From assembly GCA_963715995.1 (NCBI GenBank), contig OY970283.1, positions 2,866,411-2,930,410 on the forward strand: a stretch of 64,000 nt of DNA, in the 5' to 3' direction. Within the stretch, counting starts at the first letter, position 1; each line of letters starts with the position of its first letter. Source of the DNA: an uncultured Thermoleophilaceae bacterium. Its GTDB lineage: Bacteria; Actinomycetota; Thermoleophilia; Solirubrobacterales; Thermoleophilaceae. Below are positions 37,431 to 46,629 of the stretch, piece after piece. A program made the translations under genes and the position numbers. Under the pieces are notes generated by a model. The model saw nothing but the letters and a program-made list of their open reading frames with translations, had not been told where the DNA came from and did no database searches.

Positions 37431-38867
37431 TCAGGGCAGGACGAGCGGCGAGAGGTCGAGGAACGGCTGGAGGCCGCGCACACCGGGCTCGGGCTCCGGC
37501 TCGGCCGGCGCCAGCGCTGCCGCGACCGCCGCGGCGTGGTCGCCCACCCGCCGCAGGGGATAGTCGCCCGCCTGGTCGTTGGTGACCTGGAACGCCCAGT
37601 CGCTCGACTGGAGCGCCAGCAGCTCGCGCGTGGCGCGTTCCAGGCGCTGGGAGCGGCCGAGCCTGGTGGCCGCGGCGACCACGGCCAGCTCGGCGTTGCG
37701 CTGGGCGAACGCGATCTCGGCGACGGCCGGTGAGTCCCACGTGCGCATCGTCTTCGGCGTGCCCCACGACGACGCGGCCAGCTCGCGCTCGACCGGCGCG
37801 GAGTGTTCGAGCGCATCGGAAACCGTACGCAGCGCCACGCCCTGTGCCGCCGCCTCGTCGATCACCGCCGCCAGCCAGGCCGGCCCCTCGTACCACCAGT
37901 GGCCGAGCAGCTCGGTGTCGAGCGCGCAGCAGACGAGCCCGGCGCGGCCGCGCTCGCTCTCGTAGGCGTCGAGGCGCTCGGCGACGCTGGCCACGAAGTC
38001 GCGCGCGTGCTCATGGGTGAGCGCGAGGGCATCGGCGTGGCGGTAGGACTCGCCGGCCGTGTTCCAGGGCCGCAGGTCGTAGCGCGTGCGCTGGTGGTAG
38101 TCGCGGTAGCGCGAACTTGCGGGATAGCCGTCGTCCATGTCCCAGACGAGGCAGATCGTCTGCCAGTCGATCGGCACCGCCACGACGCCCTCGGGCGTGC
38201 GCACCGGCTCGAGGTTGTCGAGCGAGCCGCGGCCGAGCTGATCGGTCTGGTCGACGCAGAAAGCGTGCACGCCGCGTTCGGCAAGGTCGCCCTCGAGCCC
38301 AGGCCGGTAGGCGCACTCGGGCAGCCAGAAGCCGCCACGCCAGCCGTCGAAGCGGCGCTGGTGGCTCTCGATCCCGGCCGCGAGCTGAAGTGCCGTGCCG
38401 ACACGCGTGGCCAGCAGCGGCAGCACCGCGTGGGTGGCAGCCGAGGTCCACAGCTCGGCGCGGCCGAGGCCTGTCAGCGCGCCGAGCAGGTCGCGCCCCG
38501 CCGCCTCGAAGGCCACAGCGGCGCGCTCGTAGTCGCCGGCCGCGCGGCGCAGCTCTGCCGCCAGCTCGGGCTCGCCCCCGGCCTCCAGCTGCTGCGCGTC
38601 CTCTGCGTGCACGAGCGGGCGAAGCTCGCGCAGGAAGGTCAGGTAGCGATCGCCCGCGTCACCGTCGCGCAGCGCCTGGAGCTGGTCTGCCAGCACGGGC
38701 GTGACCGTCAGCGTGACCGGCGCGTCGGCGAGCAGATCCAGCAGTGGCGTGTAGCTCGACGCCACCGCCTCGAACAGCCATTCCTCGCCGAACGGCCAGG
38801 TGTCGAAGCCCTCCACGTACGGCATGTGCGAGTGCAGCAGCAGGCACAGCGACCCGCTGCGACTCAC
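37431..38867 (-). CDS. glycoside hydrolase family 57 (alpha-glucan branching-enzyme-like)
   Basis: N-terminus SLCLLLHSHMPYVEGFDTWPFGEEWLFEA is the GH57 signature. GTG 38867 in a GTGA overlap with the upstream methyltransferase stop. Confidence 0.8.
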   Translation of the reverse strand: MSRSGSLCLLLHSHMPYVEGFDTWPFGEEWLFEAVASSYTPLLDLLADAPVTLTVTPVLADQLQALRDGDAGDRYLTFLRELRPLVHAEDAQQLEAGGEPELAAELRRAAGDYERAAVAFEAAGRDLLGALTGLGRAELWTSAATHAVLPLLATRVGTALQLAAGIESHQRRFDGWRGGFWLPECAYRPGLEGDLAERGVHAFCVDQTDQLGRGSLDNLEPVRTPEGVVAVPIDWQTICLVWDMDDGYPASSRYRDYHQRTRYDLRPWNTAGESYRHADALALTHEHARDFVASVAERLDAYESERGRAGLVCCALDTELLGHWWYEGPAWLAAVIDEAAAQGVALRTVSDALEHSAPVERELAASSWGTPKTMRTWDSPAVAEIAFAQRNAELAVVAAATRLGRSQRLERATRELLALQSSDWAFQVTNDQAGDYPLRRVGDHAAAVAAALAPAEPEPEPGVRGLQPFLDLSPLVLP

Positions 38868-39631
38868 GGCCGCAGTACCGCGAGGAAGTCGAGTGCGCCG
38901 TCGAGCTGGCGCCCGCCCAGGCGGAAGTCCCGCACCGAGATCGCTGGTGTGAACCAGTCGTAGAAGCGCTTCGTGATCCCGAGCTTGGGGTGAAGCGAGT
39001 CCCAGCCGGCGCGGATCGCCAGCTCGTGCGCACGCAGCTTGCGTGCGTGGAAGAGCCCGTACATCTCGACGCTGCCGAAGGCCGACTCGCACAGCCCGCG
39101 GAACTCCTCGGCGCGGTACTCGCGGATGTGCCACGGGTTGCCCGAGCGCTCGGCGCCCTTCGGCGCCAGCGTCAGCACGTTCGGCGTGGAGACGTAGGCC
39201 ACGCCGCCCGGGCGCAGCAGCGAGCGGAAGTGCTCGAGCGCGGCCTTCGGGTCCTGCAGGTGCTCGATCGTCTGGAGGAACACGATCGCGTCACACGGCT
39301 GCGAGTAGGTCTCGACCAGGTCGCGCTTGAAGGAGAGGTTCGCGCGCCGGTAGCGCAGGCGCGCGTGCTCGTGCGCCTCGGGGTTGGCGTCGACCCCGGT
39401 CACGCGGGCGGCCCGCTTGGAGAGGATGTCGCTGCCGTAGCCCTCGCCGCATGCCATGTCGACGACCTCGAGCCCGGCACAGCGGCGCGCGATCCAGTCG
39501 TAGACCACGACGTGGCGCCGGTACCAGTAGTTCTCCTCGGGCACGTCGGGCAGCGTCCGCTCACCCGTCAGCGCCAGCGGAGGCACACCGGGAGGCTGAT
39601 CGCGCTGTAGGTACTCCACGGCCGAGTCCAA
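38864..39631 (-). CDS. class I SAM-dependent methyltransferase
   Basis: Motif I VVDMACGEGYGS, then AIVFLQTIEHL and LRPGGVAYVS. Start is TTG 39631 or GTG 39619. Confidence 0.75.
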   Translation of the reverse strand: MDSAVEYLQRDQPPGVPPLALTGERTLPDVPEENYWYRRHVVVYDWIARRCAGLEVVDMACGEGYGSDILSKRAARVTGVDANPEAHEHARLRYRRANLSFKRDLVETYSQPCDAIVFLQTIEHLQDPKAALEHFRSLLRPGGVAYVSTPNVLTLAPKGAERSGNPWHIREYRAEEFRGLCESAFGSVEMYGLFHARKLRAHELAIRAGWDSLHPKLGITKRFYDWFTPAISVRDFRLGGRQLDGALDFLAVLRP

Positions 39632-39663
39632 GAGGCGGGCGACTATAGTCCGCCGCCGCCGCC

Positions 39664-40566
39664 ATGCCGGGACCGTCTGCCGAGCGCATTCTGGACGTAA
39701 ACGTCCGCTATCACGACCTCGCTTCCGAGTCCTACGACTCGAAGTGGGGCATCGACTATGGCGAGAAGGGCGCGCAGCAGGTGCTCGGCAAGATGCAGAA
39801 GGCACTGGGCCAGCCGCTGCGGCCGATGGGCCGCGGGCTGGAGATCGGCGCGGGCACCGGCTACTTCTCGCTCAACCTGCTGCGCCACGGAATCCTGAGC
39901 GAGGTCACGTGCACCGACGTGTCGCCCGGGATGCTCGATGCGCTGTCGGCGTCGGCACGGCGCATGCACCTGGACGTGGAGACCGCGGTCTGCGACGCCG
40001 AGAGCCTCCCGTTCGAGGACGGCAGCTTCGACGTGGTCTTCGGGCACGCGGTGCTGCACCACATCCCCGACCTGGAGCGCGCGTTCTCGGAGTTCCGGCG
40101 CGTGCTCAAGCCCGGCGGGCTGGTCGCGTTCTGCGGCGAGCCCTCGCGAACGGGCGACCGCCTGGCGACCTACCCCAAGCGCGCGGCGCTGGCTCTCTCC
40201 CCTCTGTGGCGCCGCGCCATGCGCGCACGTCGCCACCGCGGCAGCGACGGCAGCTGGGGCAAGGACGAGGAGGCCTCGCTCGAGCCCTACGTGGACGTCC
40301 ACGCGTTCACGCCGGAGGACCTCGAGTCGGCCGCGCGCGCGGGCGGCTTCGAGAACGTGCGCATTCGCGGTGAGGAGCTGGCCGCCTCGTGGTTCGGCTG
40401 GGCGAACAGGACGCTCGAATCGACGGCCGAGCCCGCCGACGTGCCGTGGTTGTGGCGCCGCTACGCGTTCCACGGCTACCTGGCGCTCCAGCGGGTGGAT
40501 CGCGCGCTGCTCGAGCCCTACCTGCCGCCGGCGATCTTCTACAACCTGCTGATCAGCGCTTCCTGA
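39664..40566 (+). CDS. class I SAM-dependent methyltransferase
   Basis: Motif I GLEIGAGTGYFS, then FDVVFGHAVLHH and LKPGGLVAFCGEP. Confidence 0.8.
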   Translation: MPGPSAERILDVNVRYHDLASESYDSKWGIDYGEKGAQQVLGKMQKALGQPLRPMGRGLEIGAGTGYFSLNLLRHGILSEVTCTDVSPGMLDALSASARRMHLDVETAVCDAESLPFEDGSFDVVFGHAVLHHIPDLERAFSEFRRVLKPGGLVAFCGEPSRTGDRLATYPKRAALALSPLWRRAMRARRHRGSDGSWGKDEEASLEPYVDVHAFTPEDLESAARAGGFENVRIRGEELAASWFGWANRTLESTAEPADVPWLWRRYAFHGYLALQRVDRALLEPYLPPAIFYNLLISAS

Positions 40567-40572
40567 CCGGCG

Positions 40573-41682
40573 TCAGGCCGCCGCGACCTTGGTCAGCGCG
40601 CCGGCGAACAGCTCCATCTCCTCGTCGGTGCCGACGGTGACCCGGATCGCTCCCGGTGCTCCGAATGCGCGCAGCGCGCGCACGATGAAGCCCGCGTGCA
40701 GCAGGCGGTCGGCCAGGCCGTCGCCGTCGCCGCCGGGCACGTCGGCATAGACGAAGTTCGCGTGCGAGCGGATCGGGTCGAGGCCGGCGGCCGCGAGCTG
40801 GTCGTAGAGCTCGTCGCGCGCCGCGCGGGTGTGGGCGATGCGCCGCGCGACGGCCTCGGTCTCGTGCAGCGACGCCAGCGCCGCCTCCTGCGCCGGCTGG
40901 TTCACGTTGAAGATCGGGCGCACGCGGTTGAGCGCGTCGGCGATCGCGGGCGGCGCGATCGCGTAGCCGATGCGCACCGCAGCGAGCCCGTAGACCTTCG
41001 AGAACGTGCGCAGCACGCAGACGCGCTCGTGCCCCTCGCGGATCAGCGCGACGCCGTCGGGCTCCTGCTCGGCGTACTCGGCGTAGGCCTCGTCGAGCAC
41101 GCACAGCACTCCCGCCGGCAGCGACTCGACGAGCGAGCGGACGTCCTCGCGGGAGACGAGTGTGCCGGTCGGGTTGTTCGGGTTCGCCAGGTAGACGAGC
41201 TTCGCCGCGCCCGTGCCGCGTGAGCGCCGATCCGGGCCGCAGGCGGCCAGCAGGGCGTCGAGGTCGCACGCGCGCTCGTGCATCGGCACGGTGACCGCGT
41301 CGGCAGCAGCGGCCGCAGCGGCCGTCGGATAGCTCTGGAACGACGGCCACGGGAAGACCGCGCGGTCGCCCGGGTCGAGCGTCGCCAGCGCCGTCAGCCG
41401 GATCAGCTCGTCGGCGCCGTTGCCGAGCACGATCTGCTCGGCCGCGACCCCGTAGCGCTCGGCGAGTGCCTCACGCAGGCGGGTGGCCCCGGCGTCCGGG
41501 TAGCGGTTCAGCTCGCGCGCTGAGGCCTCGAAGGCGGCAACGGCGGCGGGCAGCGGGCCGAACGGCCCCTCGTTCGACGCGAGCTTGATCATCCGCTCGA
41601 GCCCGAGCTGCTCCTGGAGCTGGCGCATGGGCGGCTGCGGCTTGTACGGCTCGACCTGCGCCAGGATGCGGCGTAGAGGCAT
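40573..41682 (-). CDS. hisC: histidinol-phosphate aminotransferase
   Basis: IKLASNEGPFGP, YPD, and FSKVYGLAAVRIGY (PLP-lysine region). ATG 41682. Confidence 0.85.
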   Translation of the reverse strand: MPLRRILAQVEPYKPQPPMRQLQEQLGLERMIKLASNEGPFGPLPAAVAAFEASARELNRYPDAGATRLREALAERYGVAAEQIVLGNGADELIRLTALATLDPGDRAVFPWPSFQSYPTAAAAAAADAVTVPMHERACDLDALLAACGPDRRSRGTGAAKLVYLANPNNPTGTLVSREDVRSLVESLPAGVLCVLDEAYAEYAEQEPDGVALIREGHERVCVLRTFSKVYGLAAVRIGYAIAPPAIADALNRVRPIFNVNQPAQEAALASLHETEAVARRIAHTRAARDELYDQLAAAGLDPIRSHANFVYADVPGGDGDGLADRLLHAGFIVRALRAFGAPGAIRVTVGTDEEMELFAGALTKVAAA

Positions 41683-41699
41683 GGGCGTAGGGTACGTGC

Positions 41700-42320
41700 G
41701 TGCCCGACGTCCTCGAGCGTTTTCCCCTCTTCCCGCTTGGGCTGGTGCTGCTCCCACAGGAGGTCGTGCCGCTTCACATCTTCGAGACGCGCTACAAGAC
41801 GATGGTCGCCGAGTGCATGGCCGGCGACAGCCGGTTCGGGATCGTGTGGCTGGCCGACGACGGCCTGCGCGACGTTGGCTGCACCGCCGAGATCACGCGC
41901 GTGATCGAGCAGTTCGACGATGGCCGCATGAACATCCTGGTCGAGGGCGTGCGCCCGTTTCGCCTGCTGCGCCGGATCGACGACATGGCGTACCCGGCCG
42001 GCGACATCGAGCTGCTCGAGGACTTCGAGAGCGAGGGCGACCCGGAACTGGCCGCCCGGGCCCGCGCCCGGTACGCCGAGCTGATCGAGAGCGCGACCGA
42101 GGAGGCGCCCGACCCCGACGAGATCGACGGGCTCGACGCATACGGCATGGCAGCCACCGTCGAGCACCCGCCGGAGGCGAAGCAGGCGCTGCTGGAGCTG
42201 CGCGCCGAGAACGACCGCCTGCGCATGGTCGACGAGATGTTCCGCACCGCGATGAAGCGCGTGGCCTACGCCGAAGAGGCCGCCGAGCGGGCGCAGACGA
42301 ACGGCTCCGTCCCGCACTGA
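41700..42320 (+). CDS. LON substrate-binding (N-terminal) domain protein
   Basis: FPLFPLGLVLLPQEVVPLHIFETRYKTMV is the LON N-domain signature. 206 aa, no ATPase or protease part. Confidence 0.75.
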   Translation: MPDVLERFPLFPLGLVLLPQEVVPLHIFETRYKTMVAECMAGDSRFGIVWLADDGLRDVGCTAEITRVIEQFDDGRMNILVEGVRPFRLLRRIDDMAYPAGDIELLEDFESEGDPELAARARARYAELIESATEEAPDPDEIDGLDAYGMAATVEHPPEAKQALLELRAENDRLRMVDEMFRTAMKRVAYAEEAAERAQTNGSVPH

Positions 42321-42541
42321 GGCGCCCCATCGTCACGGTCGATGCCCGCGGACTCGCCTGCCCCCTGCCGCTCGTGAAGACGAAGGTCGCCATGGAGGCG
42401 CTCGCTCCCGGCGACCGGCTCAGCGTGCTGGCGACCGACCCCGAGGCGCCTATCGACCTGGCGGCCTGGGCCGAGGACGAGGGCCATGCGTTCACGGAGC
42501 GCGCTCCGGGTGAGTTCGAGCTGACGAAGCGCTCGCCGTAG
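42317..42541 (+). CDS. TusA/SirA-family sulfur-carrier protein
   Basis: VDARGLACPLPLVKTK carries the CPxP active-site motif. There is no canonical start; CTG 42317 (CTGA overlap with the preceding stop) is the only nearby candidate. Confidence 0.65.
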   Translation: MRRPIVTVDARGLACPLPLVKTKVAMEALAPGDRLSVLATDPEAPIDLAAWAEDEGHAFTERAPGEFELTKRSP

Positions 42542-42550
42542 CGCCGGGTC

Positions 42551-44077
42551 CTACTCGACCACGACCGCCGCGCCGCCCCTGCGCGGGTCGCCGCCGCCCG
42601 AGAGCTCGCCGGTCTCGGGATCGCGCGCAGCAGCCTGGACGCCGCCGAAGTAGAGGTTGCGCTCGTGCCAGCGCTGAACCTTCCAGCCGCTTCGCTCGAG
42701 CGAGTCGAGTGCGCGCGGATCGACGCCTGGCTCGGCATCCACCAGGCCGCGTTCCAGGTGAAGGCGTGGCAACTCGACCGCGTTCTCGGCCTTCAGGTTG
42801 AAATCGACGATGTTCAGGATCGTCTGGAGGATCGCCGAGCGGATCCGGTTCGAGCCGGCCGAGCCCAGCACGATCTCGGGCCTGCCGTCATCGTGGAGCA
42901 CGACCGTCGGGGCCATCATGCTCGGAACCCGGGTCCCGCGCGCGTGGCGGTGATGGCCGAGCGGGTTCAGGTCCTCCTCGCCGAGCATGTTGTTCAGGTG
43001 GATACCGGTGCCGGGCACGACGACGCCGGACGACGATCCGCTCGAGCACGTCACGCTCACGCAGCAGCCGTCAGAGTCCATCGCCGAGATGTGGGTGGTC
43101 GAGCCGAGTCGCGACTCGACCTCGCCCGCCACCGAAGCGAGACCGTCCTTGGCCAGGAAGCGCTCGAGATAGCCCTGACTGTGCAGAGCGATCGAGAACT
43201 CCTCGGTACGCGCCTTGTTGGTCTCGTCCATCACCTCGACCAGCGCCCGCAGATCGCCCGGTCGTCCGACTCGCTCCAGCAGATCGAGCGAGTACGCGAT
43301 CAAGATGCCACCCGACGACGGCGGCGGATTGGTCAGGATGTCGCGACCGTGGTAGGTCGCGTGCGCCGGCGTGCGGTCGATCACCCCGTAGCTCGCCAGG
43401 TCCTCGCGCGTGATCAGGCCGCCGCGGTCAAGCACCCAGTCGCTCACGGCCACCGCGACGTCGCCCGTGTACGCGAAGCCCGGCCCCTCGCGGCCCAGCC
43501 GCGAAATCAGGTCACCGAGCTCGGGGTTGCGCATCGTCTCCCCGCTCTCGAGCAGGCGCCCATGCGGGGCGAACCAGGCGCGCCCCTCGTCGGTCGAGAG
43601 CACCATCGAGCCGAGGATCTGGATCAGATAGCCCTGAATCGGCGTGATCTCGTGCCCGTCGCGAGCCACTCGCGCCGGCTCCTCGGCCAGGTCTGCGAAC
43701 GACAGCGTCCCGAAGCGCTCGAGCGCATTCGCCACGCCGAGCGGCGTGCCGTAGACGCCGCACGAGGCCGGGCCCGCGTGGAAGGTCTGGGTCACATCGT
43801 CGGTGAAGGCGACGTCGAACGCGGTCAGCTCGCCGGCTTCGCGATCGGATCCCCGCCCGGGGGCCGCGACGAAGAAGTCCAGCAGCACGTTCTCGCCTGC
43901 GGCCGTGTGCACCAGCATGAATCCGCCGGCGCCCGGGCCTGTGAGCAGTGGCTCGCAGACCCACGACATGAGGCACGCGGCTACGGCGGCGTCAACCGCA
44001 TTGCCACCCTCGCGCAGGACGCGAGCGCCAGCCTCCGCGGTCAGCGGGTGACCGGCAGCAATGACCCCCTTCGCCAC
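42551..44077 (-). CDS. ggt: gamma-glutamyltransferase family protein
   Basis: GGNAVDAAVAA, autoprocessing/nucleophile region GSTTHISAMDSDG, and GSAGSNRI. GTG start 44077. Confidence 0.8.
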   Translation of the reverse strand: MAKGVIAAGHPLTAEAGARVLREGGNAVDAAVAACLMSWVCEPLLTGPGAGGFMLVHTAAGENVLLDFFVAAPGRGSDREAGELTAFDVAFTDDVTQTFHAGPASCGVYGTPLGVANALERFGTLSFADLAEEPARVARDGHEITPIQGYLIQILGSMVLSTDEGRAWFAPHGRLLESGETMRNPELGDLISRLGREGPGFAYTGDVAVAVSDWVLDRGGLITREDLASYGVIDRTPAHATYHGRDILTNPPPSSGGILIAYSLDLLERVGRPGDLRALVEVMDETNKARTEEFSIALHSQGYLERFLAKDGLASVAGEVESRLGSTTHISAMDSDGCCVSVTCSSGSSSGVVVPGTGIHLNNMLGEEDLNPLGHHRHARGTRVPSMMAPTVVLHDDGRPEIVLGSAGSNRIRSAILQTILNIVDFNLKAENAVELPRLHLERGLVDAEPGVDPRALDSLERSGWKVQRWHERNLYFGGVQAAARDPETGELSGGGDPRRGGAAVVVE

Positions 44078-44112
44078 GCAAGCGTTTGTAACAAAGCGGG
44101 GCCGAACTGCAC

Positions 44113-44296
44113 GGTTTCCGTCGGCTTGCCCTGGCGCCTCGATGTGGAAACTGCGGCGGCCAAGGCGTGGCTGAAGCGGCGCTTGCGCTCGTCGCGCGGC
44201 GTTTTGGTCGCTCCACCTGCGCCGACTGTGACGTTAACCCCCGATAGCGCGCATAACTTCACAGTCACCACCAAAAGCGGCAGCTAGACCGAGCAC
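44113..44296. repeat. composite intergenic repeat, copy C (inverted, truncated, no minisatellite)
   Basis: 44146-44187 equals the reverse complement of the copy A right module (37/42). Hairpin 44224-44266. 44270-44281 ACCAAAAGCGGC equals the reverse complement of 31364-31375. Confidence 0.65.
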
Positions 44297-44328
44297 AGAG
44301 CCGCTCGAGCGATGACCCGAGCGCTGCC

Positions 44329-45729
44329 CTACCGGCTCGGCGGCACGTACTCCGGGATGCGCAGGTCGCCCAGGGTTGCCGCTGGGCGGCTTGTCCTGCG
44401 CACGCGGGGCTCTGCGTCGGCCGGGATCCGCTGCGGCGTGTGCACCGCGGGGCGCTCCGTTCGGCGCACCTGGCGGTCGCCATAGCCCGTCGCCACGACC
44501 GTCACCCACACCTGGTCGACGACCTTCTCGTCGACCATGGCGCCAAAGATGATGTTGGCGTCGGGGTGCGCGGCCTCGGCCACCGCCTTCGCGGCCTCGT
44601 TGACCTCGAACAGCGAGAGGTCGCGGCCGCCGGTGATCGAGAGCAGGATCGAGCGTGCGCCTTCCACGGACGTCTCGAGCAGTGGTGACTCGACGGCGTG
44701 TCGGGCTGCATCGACCGCGCGGTGCTCGCCAACGCCCATGCCGATGCCGAGCAGCGACTGCCCGGCGTCGGACATGATCGTGCGCACGTCCGCGAAGTCG
44801 AGGTTGATCAGGCCCGGGAGCGTGATCAGGTCGGAGATCCCCTGCACGCCCTGGCGCAGCACGTCGTCGGCGAAGCGGAACGCCTCGACCATCGACGTCT
44901 TCTTGTCGAGCACCTGGAGCAGGCGAGCGTTCGGGATCGTGATGAGGGTGTCCACCGCGTTCGCAAGCTCGGCGACGCCCCGGTCGGCCTGCTCGGCACG
45001 CCGCATTCCCTCGAACGGGAACGGCTTCGTGACGACACCGACGGTGAGCGCCCCGATCTCACGCGCGATCTGCGCGACCACGGGCGCCGCGCCCGTGCCG
45101 GTGCCGCCGCCCGAGCCGGCTGCGACGAACACCATGTCCGAGCCCTTGAGCAGTGCCTTGATCTGGTCGGCGGACTCGAGCGCGGCCTCGCGTCCCAGCG
45201 ACGGGTTCGATCCCGCGCCGAGGCCCCGCGTGAGCTCGCCACCGATGTGCACGAGCTCCGAGGCGCGCGACGTCTGAAGCGACTGCATGTCCGTGTTGAG
45301 CGCGATGAACTCGACGCCCTCGATGCCAGCCTCGATCATCCGGTTGACCGCGTTCACGCCGGCGCCACCGACGCCGACCACGCGCAGGACCGGATGGGCC
45401 ACGCTGTTGGGAGTGGAGATCGCACGCGGCTCGTCACGGCCGTAGCGCGGGCGCGAGACGGGCTCGCGCTCCATCATGTTGTTCGGGATGTCCGGGCTGA
45501 AGACGTCGCGCAGGCGCTGGTCGTAGGCGCGCGGCGCAGGCGTCTCGCGCTCGACGCGCGGTGCCGGCGGCGGCGGGAGCTCGATGCGCTCCGGCTCCTC
45601 GCGTGGCGGCTCGGCAGGAGCGGCTTCGGCGCGCGGCGCCTCCGTCTGCTCCTCGTCAAGCTCGGCTGTCGACCGGAACAGGGCCGAAAGCGGGCCTTCC
45701 CGCATGCTTGCCCGCTTACCGCGATCCAT
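44329..45729 (-). CDS. ftsZ: cell division GTPase FtsZ with ~100-aa N-terminal extension
   Basis: [16 protein letters not shown]7/tubulin signature [22 protein letters not shown], and a C-terminal peptide DLRIPEYV. The ORF start ATG 45729 lies 14 nt inside parA. Confidence 0.9.
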   Translation of the reverse strand: MDRGKRASMREGPLSALFRSTAELDEEQTEAPRAEAAPAEPPREEPERIELPPPPAPRVERETPAPRAYDQRLRDVFSPDIPNNMMEREPVSRPRYGRDEPRAISTPNSVAHPVLRVVGVGGAGVNAVNRMIEAGIEGVEFIALNTDMQSLQTSRASELVHIGGELTRGLGAGSNPSLGREAALESADQIKALLKGSDMVFVAAGSGGGTGTGAAPVVAQIAREIGALTVGVVTKPFPFEGMRRAEQADRGVAELANAVDTLITIPNARLLQVLDKKTSMVEAFRFADDVLRQGVQGISDLITLPGLINLDFADVRTIMSDAGQSLLGIGMGVGEHRAVDAARHAVESPLLETSVEGARSILLSITGGRDLSLFEVNEAAKAVAEAAHPDANIIFGAMVDEKVVDQVWVTVVATGYGDRQVRRTERPAVHTPQRIPADAEPRVRRTSRPAATLGDLRIPEYVPPSR

Positions 45730-46603
45730 TCCCCAGCACCTCCTCAGCCAGCCGTCGGTAGGCGAAGGCCGCCTTCCCGTCGGGGTCGTACTTGAGCACT
45801 GACATTCCCTTCACCGGAGCCTCCGCAAAACGAACCGTCTTGGTTATGCGCGAGGCGAACACCCGGTCTCCGAAGTTCTCCTCGAGGATCTCGATCGCCT
45901 CCTTGGCGTGCACCGTGCGCGTGTCGACGAGCGTCGGCAGGATCCCCTCGATCTCCAGGTCCGGGTTCAGGTCTTCCTTCACCATCGCAACGGTGTTCTG
46001 GAGCTGGATGAGCCCCCGCATCGACAGATACTCGCACTGCACGGGGACGATCACCTTGTTCGACGCGGTGAGCGCGTTGATCGTGATCAGCCCGAGGCTC
46101 GGCGGCGTGTCGATGCAGATGAAGTCGTAGTCCTCGAGGATCGGGGCGAACGCCTTCTGCAACGAGCGCTCACGGCCGATCTGGGTGGACATCGCGATCT
46201 CCGCCCCGGCGAGGTCGATCGAGCTGCAAGCCACGTCGATCTCGCGCTTGCGGATGACCTCACGGATCGAGACGCGGTTCACGAGCACGTCGTACATCGA
46301 CAGCTCGAGCGAGTCGGGGTCGATGCCCTGGCTCATCGTCAAGTTGGACTGTGGGTCGAGGTCGACGCACAGCACGCGGTGCCCTTTCTCGGCAAACGCC
46401 ACCGCCAGGTTGAGCGTGGTGGTGGTCTTCGCCACGCCCCCCTTCTGGTTCGCGAACGAGATCACTTGTGCCTTGGGACCGCCCGAGCCGGCGCTTGGCG
46501 CCTGATCGGGAGTCGCGCGCGGCACCGCCGAAGCGTTGATCACGGACGAAGGTGACGGCGGAAATGCCGGCGGACTGGAACTCTTTCGTTCGAACAGGCC
46601 CAT
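45716..46603 (-). CDS. parA: ParA/Soj-family ATPase (orphan, no parB in window)
   Basis: Deviant Walker [15 protein letters not shown], then DLDPQSN and CIDTPPSLG. ~45-aa Pro/Ser-rich N-extension. ATG 46603 (start uncertain). Confidence 0.85.
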   Translation of the reverse strand: MGLFERKSSSPPAFPPSPSSVINASAVPRATPDQAPSAGSGGPKAQVISFANQKGGVAKTTTTLNLAVAFAEKGHRVLCVDLDPQSNLTMSQGIDPDSLELSMYDVLVNRVSIREVIRKREIDVACSSIDLAGAEIAMSTQIGRERSLQKAFAPILEDYDFICIDTPPSLGLITINALTASNKVIVPVQCEYLSMRGLIQLQNTVAMVKEDLNPDLEIEGILPTLVDTRTVHAKEAIEILEENFGDRVFASRITKTVRFAEAPVKGMSVLKYDPDGKAAFAYRRLAEEVLGNGSR

Positions 46604-46629
46604 ACGGGGGTCTCTATTCGGATGGACAG

